This document shows positions 23,725 to 32,305 of a DNA stretch of 56,661 nt, piece after piece. Made by a program: the position numbers and the translations under genes. Origin of the DNA: Nanobdellota archaeon (GTDB lineage: Archaea; Nanobdellota; Nanobdellia; Woesearchaeales; SM23-78); NCBI GenBank assembly GCA_038046485.1, contig JBBSWA010000002.1, forward strand, positions 1 through 56,661, read 5' to 3'. The notes under the pieces were generated by a model, which did no database searches, was not told the DNA's origin, and saw only the letters and a program-made list of their open reading frames with translations. Position 1 is the first letter of the stretch, and each line of letters begins with the position of its first letter.

Positions 23725-25318
23725 AATGGGAAAATTAAGAAAAATGTTTACCAACCTGAGGATCTTGATCTTAGTCATATTCTTGATTTTGGGTTTATTT
23801 GCCGTGTATCCCAATCCATGGAATGAGGGCCTCGCCATTCGCAACGTGGAAAAAAACAGTTCAGCTAGTTTGGCGGGAATAGAAAATCCAGCTCCGACTT
23901 CTACGCCGATGAGTCGCGAGCGCATCCTTGCGGTAAACAACAATCCAGTTACGGATGTAAATTCTTTTTACAGCATGCTTTCGGTTGTGCCGTCAAACGC
24001 TACAGTGACCTTGAAAACGAACAAAAACATATATCGCTTGGTAGCACGCCCCGTTATAAATGGTACCGTACAAGATTTTGGTTTGTCGGTGTATCCAGCT
24101 CCTCAGACGAACATCCGTAAAGGCTTGGACTTGCAAGGAGGAACCCGAGTCATTTTGCAGCCTGAAGGGGAAGTGACAAAAGAGGATTTAGATCTCGTAA
24201 TGGATAACATCAAGGAGCGCTTGAATGTGTATGGTTTAAGTGATATCGTGGTGCGTGCCATAACAGACCTGGCGGGCAAGAGCTATATCTTAGTGGAGAT
24301 TGCCGGCGCGAATCAGCAAGAAGTACGTGATCTATTGTCTAAGCAGGGTAAGTTCGAGGCCAAGGTAGGCAACACAACGGTTTTTAAAGGGGGTGGAGAC
24401 GTTACGTATGTATGTCGTTCCGCTGATTGTTCAGGCTTGGATCCCCAGGCGGGTTGCCAGCAGCAAGAGGGTGGATGGTATTGTAGTTTCCGTTTCTCGA
24501 TCAGTTTAACTCCAAAAGCGGCGCAGCATCAAGCGGATGCCACGCGGTTATTAACGGTTGTATCTTCTCCTTCAGGAAATTACCTGAGTGAAAAATTAAA
24601 TCTATTTTTGGATGATGAAGAAGTAGATGCACTAAACATCGGAGCAGAGTTGAAAGGTTCGCCAATGACTGAAATACAGATCAGTGGTTCGGGTAGTGGG
24701 GTCTCTCATCAAGAAGCCATTCAGAATACCTTGGATAGTATGAAGCGCCTGCAGACGATTTTGATTACCGGCAGTCTCCCAGTAAAGTTAAACATTGTGA
24801 AGATGGACAGTATCAGTCCCGTATTGGGTGAAGAGTTTTTGAAGAATGCTATATTAGTTTGCCTGTTGTCGGTATTAACCGTGAGCATTATATTGTTCAT
24901 TCGCTATAGGCGTTTTAGTGTCTCCATTCCAATTATCATTACAATGTTGTCTGAGGTTTTCTTGACATTAGCCCTTGCCGCGCTTATAGGGTGGAACATT
25001 GACCTCGCTTCCATTGCAGGTATCATTGTAGCCATCGGTACAGGTGTGGATGACCAGATCGTGATTGCGGATGAAACTTTATATAAGAAAAAACTAGAAG
25101 GCGAGGAAGAAGGTTCTTGGAAGGATAAGTTAAAGAGCGCATTTTTCATCATTTTCGCCGCTTATTTTACGCTCACAGCAGCCATGATTCCCTTGCTCTT
25201 TGCAGGTGCAGGTTTATTAAAAGGTTTCGCGATCACAACCATTCTTGCAGTAACCATCGGTGTTCTCATTACCCGCCCAGCCTACGCAGCCTTTATAGAA
25301 ATCTTGACGAAAGAATAA
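23714..25318 (+). CDS. secD: protein-export membrane protein SecD
   Basis: Periplasmic-domain motif GLDLQGGTRV and a C-terminal six-TM region (GTGVDDQIV). The start may be ATG 23726. Confidence 0.8.
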   Translation: MFSKMGKLRKMFTNLRILILVIFLILGLFAVYPNPWNEGLAIRNVEKNSSASLAGIENPAPTSTPMSRERILAVNNNPVTDVNSFYSMLSVVPSNATVTLKTNKNIYRLVARPVINGTVQDFGLSVYPAPQTNIRKGLDLQGGTRVILQPEGEVTKEDLDLVMDNIKERLNVYGLSDIVVRAITDLAGKSYILVEIAGANQQEVRDLLSKQGKFEAKVGNTTVFKGGGDVTYVCRSADCSGLDPQAGCQQQEGGWYCSFRFSISLTPKAAQHQADATRLLTVVSSPSGNYLSEKLNLFLDDEEVDALNIGAELKGSPMTEIQISGSGSGVSHQEAIQNTLDSMKRLQTILITGSLPVKLNIVKMDSISPVLGEEFLKNAILVCLLSVLTVSIILFIRYRRFSVSIPIIITMLSEVFLTLALAALIGWNIDLASIAGIIVAIGTGVDDQIVIADETLYKKKLEGEEEGSWKDKLKSAFFIIFAAYFTLTAAMIPLLFAGAGLLKGFAITTILAVTIGVLITRPAYAAFIEILTKE

Positions 25319-25355
25319 ATTCATCCTTAAGAATAGATTGGGATGTTTACTCCAA

Positions 25356-25997
25356 TTATAATGGTCTGCTTATATCAAATCGGATTTCAACATATCTCTT
25401 GGTAGACGAATTACTCAATGAATAAGAAAGTGTCCTGCCTGGCTCTATTGCGATTGCCCACACATGATGATCTGATCCGGGAATCATTCTAGAGGTCAAT
25501 GCATCTGCTGGAAATTCTTGCTTACTTTCTGTTCCATTGAGTGCGGAGGAGCCACCATATTGAGACCTACTCTCTTCTTGTCCATCCTCATACACGTGAA
25601 CATGCCTTAAGTCCAAGTGCGATCCCAGATTTCTTAAAACCCATGCCCTCGAATAATCATTCCCCACCTGCACAGAGACGTGAATTTCTTGACTATTGAA
25701 ATGAGAAACGTGGATAGTCATTTCTGATCCCGTTAATTTGTTCATATTGTCTTGAGTTACAACGCCGAGATAAGTCTGACTGCATAATTTCTCCAGTGAT
25801 TCCCAAAATTTATCTTTGCAGTCTGTAGAAGTAGAGATAGGCTTAGGTTCACGTGCATGTTGTCTAGTCAGAGAAGTCATGCACTCTGCTATGCTGTCAT
25901 TGCATGCATCTGTGTGCACTCCAATTGGTTTAGAGGCGCACGCAGTAAGTAAAGCAGTTAATCCAACAAGGGTTCTCGTTCTTCCGTTGAGACTCAT
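25356..25997 (-). CDS. putative lipoprotein/secreted protein
   Basis: The track ORF runs to 26123 across a tRNA gene. Plausible start is M43 (25997): MSLNGRTRTLVGLTALLTAC, a signal peptide with a lipobox-like LTAC. Confidence 0.5.
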   Translation of the reverse strand: MSLNGRTRTLVGLTALLTACASKPIGVHTDACNDSIAECMTSLTRQHAREPKPISTSTDCKDKFWESLEKLCSQTYLGVVTQDNMNKLTGSEMTIHVSHFNSQEIHVSVQVGNDYSRAWVLRNLGSHLDLRHVHVYEDGQEESRSQYGGSSALNGTESKQEFPADALTSRMIPGSDHHVWAIAIEPGRTLSYSLSNSSTKRYVEIRFDISRPL

Positions 25998-26042
25998 GAA
26001 AAAGTAGGATTGCGCTCCATTTAAATAATTAGTTAAAAAAAG

Positions 26043-26173
26043 TGGGCCCATCCGGACTTGAACCGGAGACCTTCTCCATATCAAAAACCAAGGTTTTTGG
26101 AACAAACCTATGGTTCGCGTCAAGGAGACGTCATATGCAGTGCGCTATGGCATAGCCACTAGACTATGGGCCC
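26043..26173 (-). tRNA. tRNA-Val(GAC) with two introns (about 19 nt in the D-loop region, about 39 nt at the canonical 37/38 site)
   Basis: Hand-folded. Acceptor GGGCCCA/TGGGCCC, discriminator A. D arm GTCT-AGTGGCTA-TGAC after removing GCCATAGCGCACTGCATAT (boundaries ambiguous by 1-3 nt). Anticodon stem TCTCC/GGAGA, loop TTGACG...T. Variable AGGTC. T arm TCCGG-TTCAAGT-CCGGA. 131 - 58 = 73 nt mature. Confidence 0.8.
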
Positions 26174-26227
26174 TCGTGTCGAGGTTGGGTCGCTTCTTTT
26201 TTAAAGCTTGCTACTTTCCAAGAAGGT

Positions 26228-26713
26228 ATGACCTATTACGACGACCTTGCAGCAGGCTATAATGAGCTCCATGGTGAAGAACAGGGGAAGAAGTTAAGGT
26301 TGATTGCAGAGCACCTTAAGGTTTCAGCAGAAGACTCCATCTTAGACATCGGCTGTGGGACAGGGCTTTCAGCCTCATTCTTTAAAGGCAAGATCACAGG
26401 AATTGATCCCTCTGAGGGACTCTTAAAGCAGTGTCCATTCCCTACAGTAAAGGGTACCGCCGAAAACCTGCCTTTTCCAGATCATAGTTTTGATCTTGTT
26501 TTATGCCTAACGGCCATTCATCATGCAGAAAACCTAGAAAAGGCGTTGATGGAAATGAAGCGAGTAGGTAAAAAGGATTGGGTGATTTCAGTGCTAAAAA
26601 AATCAGAGAAGCGCAAAAAGATTGAAGAATCACTTAAAACCCATTTTAAGGTGGTTGAGCAATTAGAAGAAGAAAAGGACGATATCTTCATCTTGCAGAG
26701 CAAAAATATATAA
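26228..26713 (+). CDS. class I SAM-dependent methyltransferase
   Basis: ILDIGCGTG SAM-binding motif I and a downstream FDLVLC motif. 161 aa. Confidence 0.8.
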   Translation: MTYYDDLAAGYNELHGEEQGKKLRLIAEHLKVSAEDSILDIGCGTGLSASFFKGKITGIDPSEGLLKQCPFPTVKGTAENLPFPDHSFDLVLCLTAIHHAENLEKALMEMKRVGKKDWVISVLKKSEKRKKIEESLKTHFKVVEQLEEEKDDIFILQSKNI

Positions 26714-26736
26714 AGGCTTTTGATCCAGAAAAGGAC

Positions 26737-27471
26737 ATGGATTGGCGCGATTATTTCAGTCTTTTTTTGAAGAGTTTTAATCCCCGTTCATACAAGTTCC
26801 TGGCCGATCGTTTTTTGAATGATGTAGTGAGGTATTGGTTTTTTTTGCTTGTTTTCTCGTTTGCGGTGATGCTCATTTTATTCATTCCCATCTTGGCAAC
26901 CTTAAGTTCGGACTTGCAGGAGAAGGCAAATCAAATCGATGATTTCTCAATGGATGGTCATATCACCTTGACAAAGCCATTAGTACTCATCCAGGATCCG
27001 TTGATTTTAATGGATTTTAACCGTACCTATCCGACCAATGAAAAGGTGCTGATTACCAAGGATTCGCTCTTTTTTAAGAAGTATTACTGGTTTGAATATG
27101 AGCAGGTGGTGTTTAGCGATATCAAGAATTTAAGAAATCCTGAGGCGATAGGGCTCATGGCCTTTGCGGCCTTGCTCATCATTCCTAGTTTGTTGCTCTT
27201 GGTATTCTTGGTGTTTCTGATTAAGGATAGCTTAATTGTATTGGTGATTGCTGCCTTGGGGTTTGCAGCAGCGTACCTGTTGAAATATCGAGTGTCGTTT
27301 GGTAAGAGTGTGAGGATAGCGATTTTTGCAGGAACCTTGCTTGTATTTTTGGAGTTTGCCTTGTTTCCTTTTTGGCGTTCATTCTGGATCCCCTTCTTGA
27401 TTTTTGTGATTTATTATGGAATGGCTATCGCTCAGGTAGGTGAGGAGAAGTTCGAGTCTAGACCCTTCTAA
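26737..27471 (+). CDS. integral membrane protein (hypothetical)
   Basis: 244-aa ORF with about 5 hydrophobic helices. No family recognised. Confidence 0.55.
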   Translation: MDWRDYFSLFLKSFNPRSYKFLADRFLNDVVRYWFFLLVFSFAVMLILFIPILATLSSDLQEKANQIDDFSMDGHITLTKPLVLIQDPLILMDFNRTYPTNEKVLITKDSLFFKKYYWFEYEQVVFSDIKNLRNPEAIGLMAFAALLIIPSLLLLVFLVFLIKDSLIVLVIAALGFAAAYLLKYRVSFGKSVRIAIFAGTLLVFLEFALFPFWRSFWIPFLIFVIYYGMAIAQVGEEKFESRPF

Positions 27472-27480
27472 TTTTTTCGT

Positions 27481-27607
27481 ATTTGTTTAGCATCATCAGG
27501 TCAAAACTCCCTTAGCAGAAACTTCAAGTTCGTCGATGGGGGATGCCCCCTACGGGGGAATAGAACTTTAGAAGTGAACATGAAGAGTTTTGAAGATGCT
27601 AAACAAA
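27481..27607 (+). repeat. long-hairpin element, copy 4
   Basis: Arms ATTTGTTTAGCATC / GATGCTAAACAAA, bulge ATCAGG, second helix TCAAAACTC / GAGTTTTGA, core GGGGGATGCCCCCTACGGGGG. The 14-nt direct repeat TTTTTCGTATTTGT occurs at 27473-27486 and 27612-27625. Confidence 0.8.
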
Positions 27608-27742
27608 CACATTTTTCGTATTTGTCAGAATATTTACGATCTTAGCGTTTTTTATCCGAATCAATAGGAATCTTTTCGGTTTTTTCTGGATCGCCTTTAT
27701 CAAGAACTTGTTTTTTCCATACCAGATCCGGTGAGGCGTGTC

Positions 27743-28624
27743 ATGAAAGAGAAGGATCTGAAACGACGTTTACAAGAAGCATTGAAGATGGATGGCTGGG
27801 ATCGATTTTGGTATTCAGTAATCAGGTTTTTCTCAAAGCAGTACCTTTCTGAGTATGGGTGGCTGTTGAAAGTACAAGATGCCTTGGATGGAAAAGAATC
27901 CCTTGATTTAACGATAGAGGATAAATGGAAGTTGGTGATAGAAGAGGGTCATGCTCACATTCAAGAGACAACAGCCATGCTTAGTCCTTTTTATGAGGCA
28001 AGAACACGGTTAGAAGAAGAGGCCAGCTACCTGGATTGCATCATTCGAGAAGAGCGTAAGGCAAGAGAGCATTGGAAAAGCGAGTCGCAGGAAGTGAAAA
28101 ATGAGCTTTCAAGAATGGAAGCCTTGGTTGAAACGCAATATTTTGGGTCTCAGGAATTAAACCACCTAACCATTTATCGAAGAAGACTGTTGGTACGAAA
28201 AAGCGAAGCGCTATTTGCAGGGGGGTTAAGTCAGCGACGGTTGATTCAGGCAACTGAGTTGAGGGGTAAGGTAGAAAGATTTTTGGCGTATACGCAAAGT
28301 CAAAGGTTAGCATATGAGTTAAGACGCAGCGATTTTGTAATGAATAAAGAATCGGCGTGTTTGGAGTATCAGTTAAGTTCTTTGGGGGGTACGCCTGCGT
28401 TAAGTAGCACAAAAACCTTGCAAAATGAGCGGCAAGGGGCACAAGAAAAATCAGCAGTGCAGATGGAAGATGCTGTGGAGTCTGCTTCGTTTGTTTTAGA
28501 AAATCCATTAGAGTGGTATAAGGAAGAAGACTTGAAAAAATCAAGGGGTGTATTGGAAGAGTTTGAGCGTGACCTGTCTGATGTGTTAAGACAAGATCAA
28601 GAGGAGGTACGGAGTAGACCATGA
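27743..28624 (+). CDS. hypothetical charged helical protein (orphan operon gene 1)
   Basis: Track ORF starts at GTG 27731. ATG 27743 is preceded by GGTGAGG. The stop overlaps the next start (ATGA). Confidence 0.55.
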   Translation: MKEKDLKRRLQEALKMDGWDRFWYSVIRFFSKQYLSEYGWLLKVQDALDGKESLDLTIEDKWKLVIEEGHAHIQETTAMLSPFYEARTRLEEEASYLDCIIREERKAREHWKSESQEVKNELSRMEALVETQYFGSQELNHLTIYRRRLLVRKSEALFAGGLSQRRLIQATELRGKVERFLAYTQSQRLAYELRRSDFVMNKESACLEYQLSSLGGTPALSSTKTLQNERQGAQEKSAVQMEDAVESASFVLENPLEWYKEEDLKKSRGVLEEFERDLSDVLRQDQEEVRSRP

Positions 28625-29283
28625 GTACGAATAGCGGACAAGAGTTAGAGTTTAGATTGCAAAGGTTGTATGAGAAGAAGTCTTCAGGGGATGTGCTAGA
28701 AACTGCATCCGGTTCTTTGCCAGATCTGAGGCAGTTACAGGAGGCATGGGCTGATTTGGATAATCCTGCATTGTACCCTCCAAAATTACAGGATCAAGAG
28801 CGGCTAAGAACGGCGTACGAAGCCTATGAAGTGTACGGGCGGATCATAAAAGTAATCGAATCTTGTTTGGAGAAAGAAGTAAGTCGATTAGAACCCATTT
28901 TACTCATGCAGCAAAAGGATCTTCCTAAAGAATCAGAAGAACTAGAGCGCGGGTACATGCTTGCAAAAGAGTTACGTCTGACTGGGGTGGCATACCGATT
29001 TCAAGTTTTGTTAGAGGATGCGCATGCAGGACAGCATGGCTCTCATCCGATCCAAAAAGAAGGAGGTGTGCGTTTAGAAGGGCTGCATGAGCGCTTTAAA
29101 GGATTGATCAAGAAGGCATTTGAAGCACATACAATATATTCTAAGAAAAAAGCCTATCTTGGATTACTCGAAAAAACGCAGACTTTGAAAAGAGCGTATG
29201 AACAAATCGGGTGTTCAGTTTGGGGATCACATTGTGGGGGTTTGGTTAAATTAGTGGAGAGAAGGTTAGGGAGGAAGGTGTGA
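28621..29283 (+). CDS. hypothetical protein (orphan operon gene 2)
   Basis: 220-aa ORF, translationally coupled on both sides. No family recognised. Confidence 0.55.
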   Translation: MSTNSGQELEFRLQRLYEKKSSGDVLETASGSLPDLRQLQEAWADLDNPALYPPKLQDQERLRTAYEAYEVYGRIIKVIESCLEKEVSRLEPILLMQQKDLPKESEELERGYMLAKELRLTGVAYRFQVLLEDAHAGQHGSHPIQKEGGVRLEGLHERFKGLIKKAFEAHTIYSKKKAYLGLLEKTQTLKRAYEQIGCSVWGSHCGGLVKLVERRLGRKV

Positions 29284-29987
29284 AAGAAATACTCGATCTG
29301 GAATATCGTGTGGGGTGGGATGGCAAGGGCTATTGGGAAACTCCACGTTCAAGATATGAGCGCTGCTATAAGCAAGGGTATCAAGGGTATATTTGGATGC
29401 AAGGTAAATATTCAGAAGTTAAAAACTGGGTAAAGTGTAAGGTTTCTTCTTTGTACGAAGGTTTGTTAAGGTACATACAGGTTGGAAAAAAAGAAAAACC
29501 ATCCGAACCTATTTCTTACGAAAAGTCTTCATCATTGGAGGAAAAATTAGTCGAAGAAGGAGATCAGGCATATACCTTGTTGCCTCCAGCTCATGAGCGT
29601 TTATTGCTATCTCTTGGAAGGGTTGAAGAAAACAAAGGAACTAAAGAAAAGAAAAAAGAGAACCTGGGGACAAAGGAGACCCAGGAGACGTTAAAGAAGG
29701 GTCAAGACCTTTACTCCTCGTCTGGGGGGCTTGATTTGGAGCAAAGAGGGTGTAGGTATGAGGAAAAGGAAAGTAAGCCCCAATCCGTAGATAATCCTTA
29801 CATTCCGGGCATCATCGGGGATGGTTTGGCAGGGGCGCGTTTACTGTATTTTGAAGCCTTTTGCATGGGGAAAAGAATAAAAGAGCGTTGGTGGAACCCT
29901 CAAAGAAGGGAAGTTTATCGTCGAGAAAAGAAACAGTTGGTGGGTTTAGGGTATTGGGGCCTGCAACGAAGTTTATTTACAGCGTAA
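29280..29987 (+). CDS. hypothetical protein (orphan operon gene 3)
   Basis: 235-aa ORF. Its GTG start overlaps the upstream stop (GTGTGA). W/Y/G-rich ends and a K/E-rich middle. Confidence 0.5.
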   Translation: MKEILDLEYRVGWDGKGYWETPRSRYERCYKQGYQGYIWMQGKYSEVKNWVKCKVSSLYEGLLRYIQVGKKEKPSEPISYEKSSSLEEKLVEEGDQAYTLLPPAHERLLLSLGRVEENKGTKEKKKENLGTKETQETLKKGQDLYSSSGGLDLEQRGCRYEEKESKPQSVDNPYIPGIIGDGLAGARLLYFEAFCMGKRIKERWWNPQRREVYRREKKQLVGLGYWGLQRSLFTA

Positions 29988-30136
29988 GTGTAGAAAAGAC
30001 TACACTATAACCAAAAACTATATAAAGGTTAATTCCCAGAATAGAAGAATTCCAGTAGGGGGGTTTACCGGACTATTAGTTCAGTGGTGTAAAGCTATAC
30101 ACTGACGTCTCTCGTAAGAGACTTGGGGGGGTTAAA

Positions 30137-30682
30137 ATGGAAAAACAAATGCCTGAGTTAAAGTTAACTAGACAGAAATCTACAAAGTCCCTCATCACGA
30201 ATGTCGTGACCGAGCTCGTAGGAGAGGAAGCTATGCCCATTGTGCAGTACTTGCAGGGCAAGAAGAACATTTCTGAGTTTATCATTGCAGAAGAATTGGA
30301 CTTGGAGATCCACAAGACCCGTAATACCTTGTATAAGCTTTTGGAGCAGAACATCGTAACCTTCAAGCGCAAAAAGGATAAAATTAAGGGTTGGTATATC
30401 TGTTATTGGGATTTCAATGAACATAACATTTCTCATCTCTCGGAGAAGATCCGTGTGGATAAGATCAAGAAGTTGAGTGAGCGTTTGGAGCGTGAGGTGG
30501 ATAACATGTTTTACATGTGCCGAACCGCCTGTGTGCGGATGGATTTCGAGAAGAGTATGGATTTCAACTTTAAATGCCCGGAATGCGGCGAAATCATGCA
30601 AGAGCAGGATAATCAAAGAACCATTCAGTTCTTGCGCGAACGCATTGGCGAATTAGAAATCAACAAACCAAGCGTAAGATAA
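30137..30682 (+). CDS. tfe: transcription factor E (TFE alpha / TFIIE-alpha homolog)
   Basis: N-terminal winged-helix region plus a C-terminal zinc ribbon (CRTAC...CPECGEIM). The 181-aa size is typical. Confidence 0.8.
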   Translation: MEKQMPELKLTRQKSTKSLITNVVTELVGEEAMPIVQYLQGKKNISEFIIAEELDLEIHKTRNTLYKLLEQNIVTFKRKKDKIKGWYICYWDFNEHNISHLSEKIRVDKIKKLSERLEREVDNMFYMCRTACVRMDFEKSMDFNFKCPECGEIMQEQDNQRTIQFLRERIGELEINKPSVR

Positions 30683-30810
30683 GAACAAGTGGCTTGGTTT
30701 GTGATCCTCAATTCCGAAGGAATTGGGATCCCAGCAAACTTTGTTTGCTGAGGAGTCCAAAAAAGCGGTGCTTTTTTGTGGATTAAGAAGGCTATGTAAG
30801 CCTTTTTTCT

Positions 30811-31236
30811 TTATTTTTTCTTTATAGTTGCTAAGTAGAGTTGTGAGCAGAGGCTTCCTTTCTCAGCAGCTTCATGCAGAGCTTCTGGCAGAGCCCATTT
30901 CCATTGAATAAATTGTGTGACTTCGTTTATAGGCTGAGGAACACTCGGCTGTCCTTTTATAATTTCAATTTCGTATTCTTTCATATGAAGAAGGAAAGTA
31001 TTCCGTTGAATTTCTCCTTCATTGATGAGCTTTATAATTTGGAGTTGTACGCCAAGCTTTTCGCGTCCAGCGCGGAGCACAGCCTCTTCATAGTTTTCGT
31101 TTTCTTTTAGGCTTCCGGCAGGCAGTCCCCACACTCCCGGCAAGTTTTCGTCGTCAAATGGGCGCTGTACGACAAGGATCTTGGTTCGATCTGGATTGTA
31201 AATCACAAATGCGACAGCGTTCTTGATGGGTTTCAT
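30811..31236 (-). CDS. NUDIX hydrolase
   Basis: Nudix-box-like GSLKENENYEEAVLRAGREKLGV. 141 aa. Confidence 0.75.
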   Translation of the reverse strand: MKPIKNAVAFVIYNPDRTKILVVQRPFDDENLPGVWGLPAGSLKENENYEEAVLRAGREKLGVQLQIIKLINEGEIQRNTFLLHMKEYEIEIIKGQPSVPQPINEVTQFIQWKWALPEALHEAAEKGSLCSQLYLATIKKK

Positions 31237-31268
31237 TCAGTTCAGAAACAATCGTTCATTATATAAAT

Positions 31269-31436
31269 TCATCCAATCTCGTCAAAAACGCCAATGGCAT
31301 GTTGGCAGGGTCTTTTGTCCAAGCTGCACCGATCGACACAGCAGCCTAAATGAACTGTGCTTTTATGATGCCCGCAAATAACAACAGTTTTGGTGTTCTC
31401 GTCGTGATGATTCTGGCAGATGCCGCATTGACTCAT
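31269..31436 (-). CDS. small Cys/His-rich protein (55 aa, not in ORF track)
   Basis: Own translation: MSQCGICQNHHDENTKTVVICGHHKSTVHLGCCVDRCSLDKRPCQHAIGVFDEIG (8 Cys, 7 His). AATTTAAAAAAG TATA lies ~20-28 nt upstream of the ATG. Confidence 0.45.
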   Translation of the reverse strand: MSQCGICQNHHDENTKTVVICGHHKSTVHLGCCVDRCSLDKRPCQHAIGVFDEIG

Positions 31437-31507
31437 TTAACACTCACTTCTCTTTTTTAAATTCTTGGCAAAGCAACTATTTAAAGCTATCTTTATCTCG
31501 TTGAACC

Positions 31508-32224
31508 ATGAAGCCGTATAAGGTAAATGAGGGCATCGAAATCATCGACCTAACCCTATATCTAAAAAAGCACAAAACCATCATCATCGGAGACTTGCAC
31601 ATTGGTATGGAAGAGGCCTTGAATACAAAAGGCGTTTTAATTCCTCGGTTTCAGTTCAAGGAACTCTTGGATCGTCTAGACAAAATCTTGAAGGTTGCAA
31701 AGCCAAAGAAGATCATTCTAATCGGGGATGTCAAGCATGAGTTCGGGGTCATCACTGAAACCGAATGGCGCAACATCGTGCGTCTCATAGATTTTCTCAA
31801 GGAAAAAGCAGAGCTTCAGATTATTAAAGGAAATCACGATGCCATTGTACTACCGATTGCAAAGAAACGAGGTATTCCCGTTTCCGATCATATTGTTCTA
31901 GGAGATTTCTACCTGTGTCATGGTCATAAGCTCCCGACAGACAAAGCATTCAAAGAAGCCAAAACAGTCATCATGGGTCATGAGCATCCAGCAATCGGCC
32001 TTCAAGACGGTCCTCGCCGAGAGACTTACAAGTGTTTTCTCGTTGGAAAGTACAAGCACAAGAACCTCATTGTTCTCCCCAGCCTCAGCACGTTGAGCGA
32101 AGGCACCGACGTCACCAAGGAACAGTTCCTCAGCCCATTAATCAAGAACATCGGTGATTTCAAGTTCTACATCGTCGCAGATAAAGTCTATGAGTTTGGT
32201 AAAGTGAAGGATGTGATGGAATGA
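31508..32224 (+). CDS. metallophosphoesterase (archaeal SbcD-related/MJ0037-like)
   Basis: Calcineurin-like motifs GDLHIG, GDVKHE, GNHD, GHEH. Confidence 0.8.
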   Translation: MKPYKVNEGIEIIDLTLYLKKHKTIIIGDLHIGMEEALNTKGVLIPRFQFKELLDRLDKILKVAKPKKIILIGDVKHEFGVITETEWRNIVRLIDFLKEKAELQIIKGNHDAIVLPIAKKRGIPVSDHIVLGDFYLCHGHKLPTDKAFKEAKTVIMGHEHPAIGLQDGPRRETYKCFLVGKYKHKNLIVLPSLSTLSEGTDVTKEQFLSPLIKNIGDFKFYIVADKVYEFGKVKDVME

Positions 32225-32305
32225 AGGATGTGATAATTTAACAGACCCAACTGACATATTAAGAGGAAAAGATAGTTTTAAAAATGTGGTTGATATACTC
32301 TTCCT

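Noticed and set aside
25998-26123. N-terminal 42 codons of track ORF 25356..26123
   Set aside because: This stretch overlaps tRNA-Val (26043..26173) on the same strand. A signal-peptide-bearing start (MSLNGRTRTL..., 25997) lies just downstream, so the extension is treated as spurious.
30060-30136. tRNA-like D-loop sequence TAGTTCAGTGGT and GTCTC-TCGTAA-GAGAC hairpin upstream of tfe
   Set aside because: No acceptor stem or T arm (GTTC-type loop) could be formed. It more likely represents a structured 5' leader downstream of the ACTATATAAAGG promoter.
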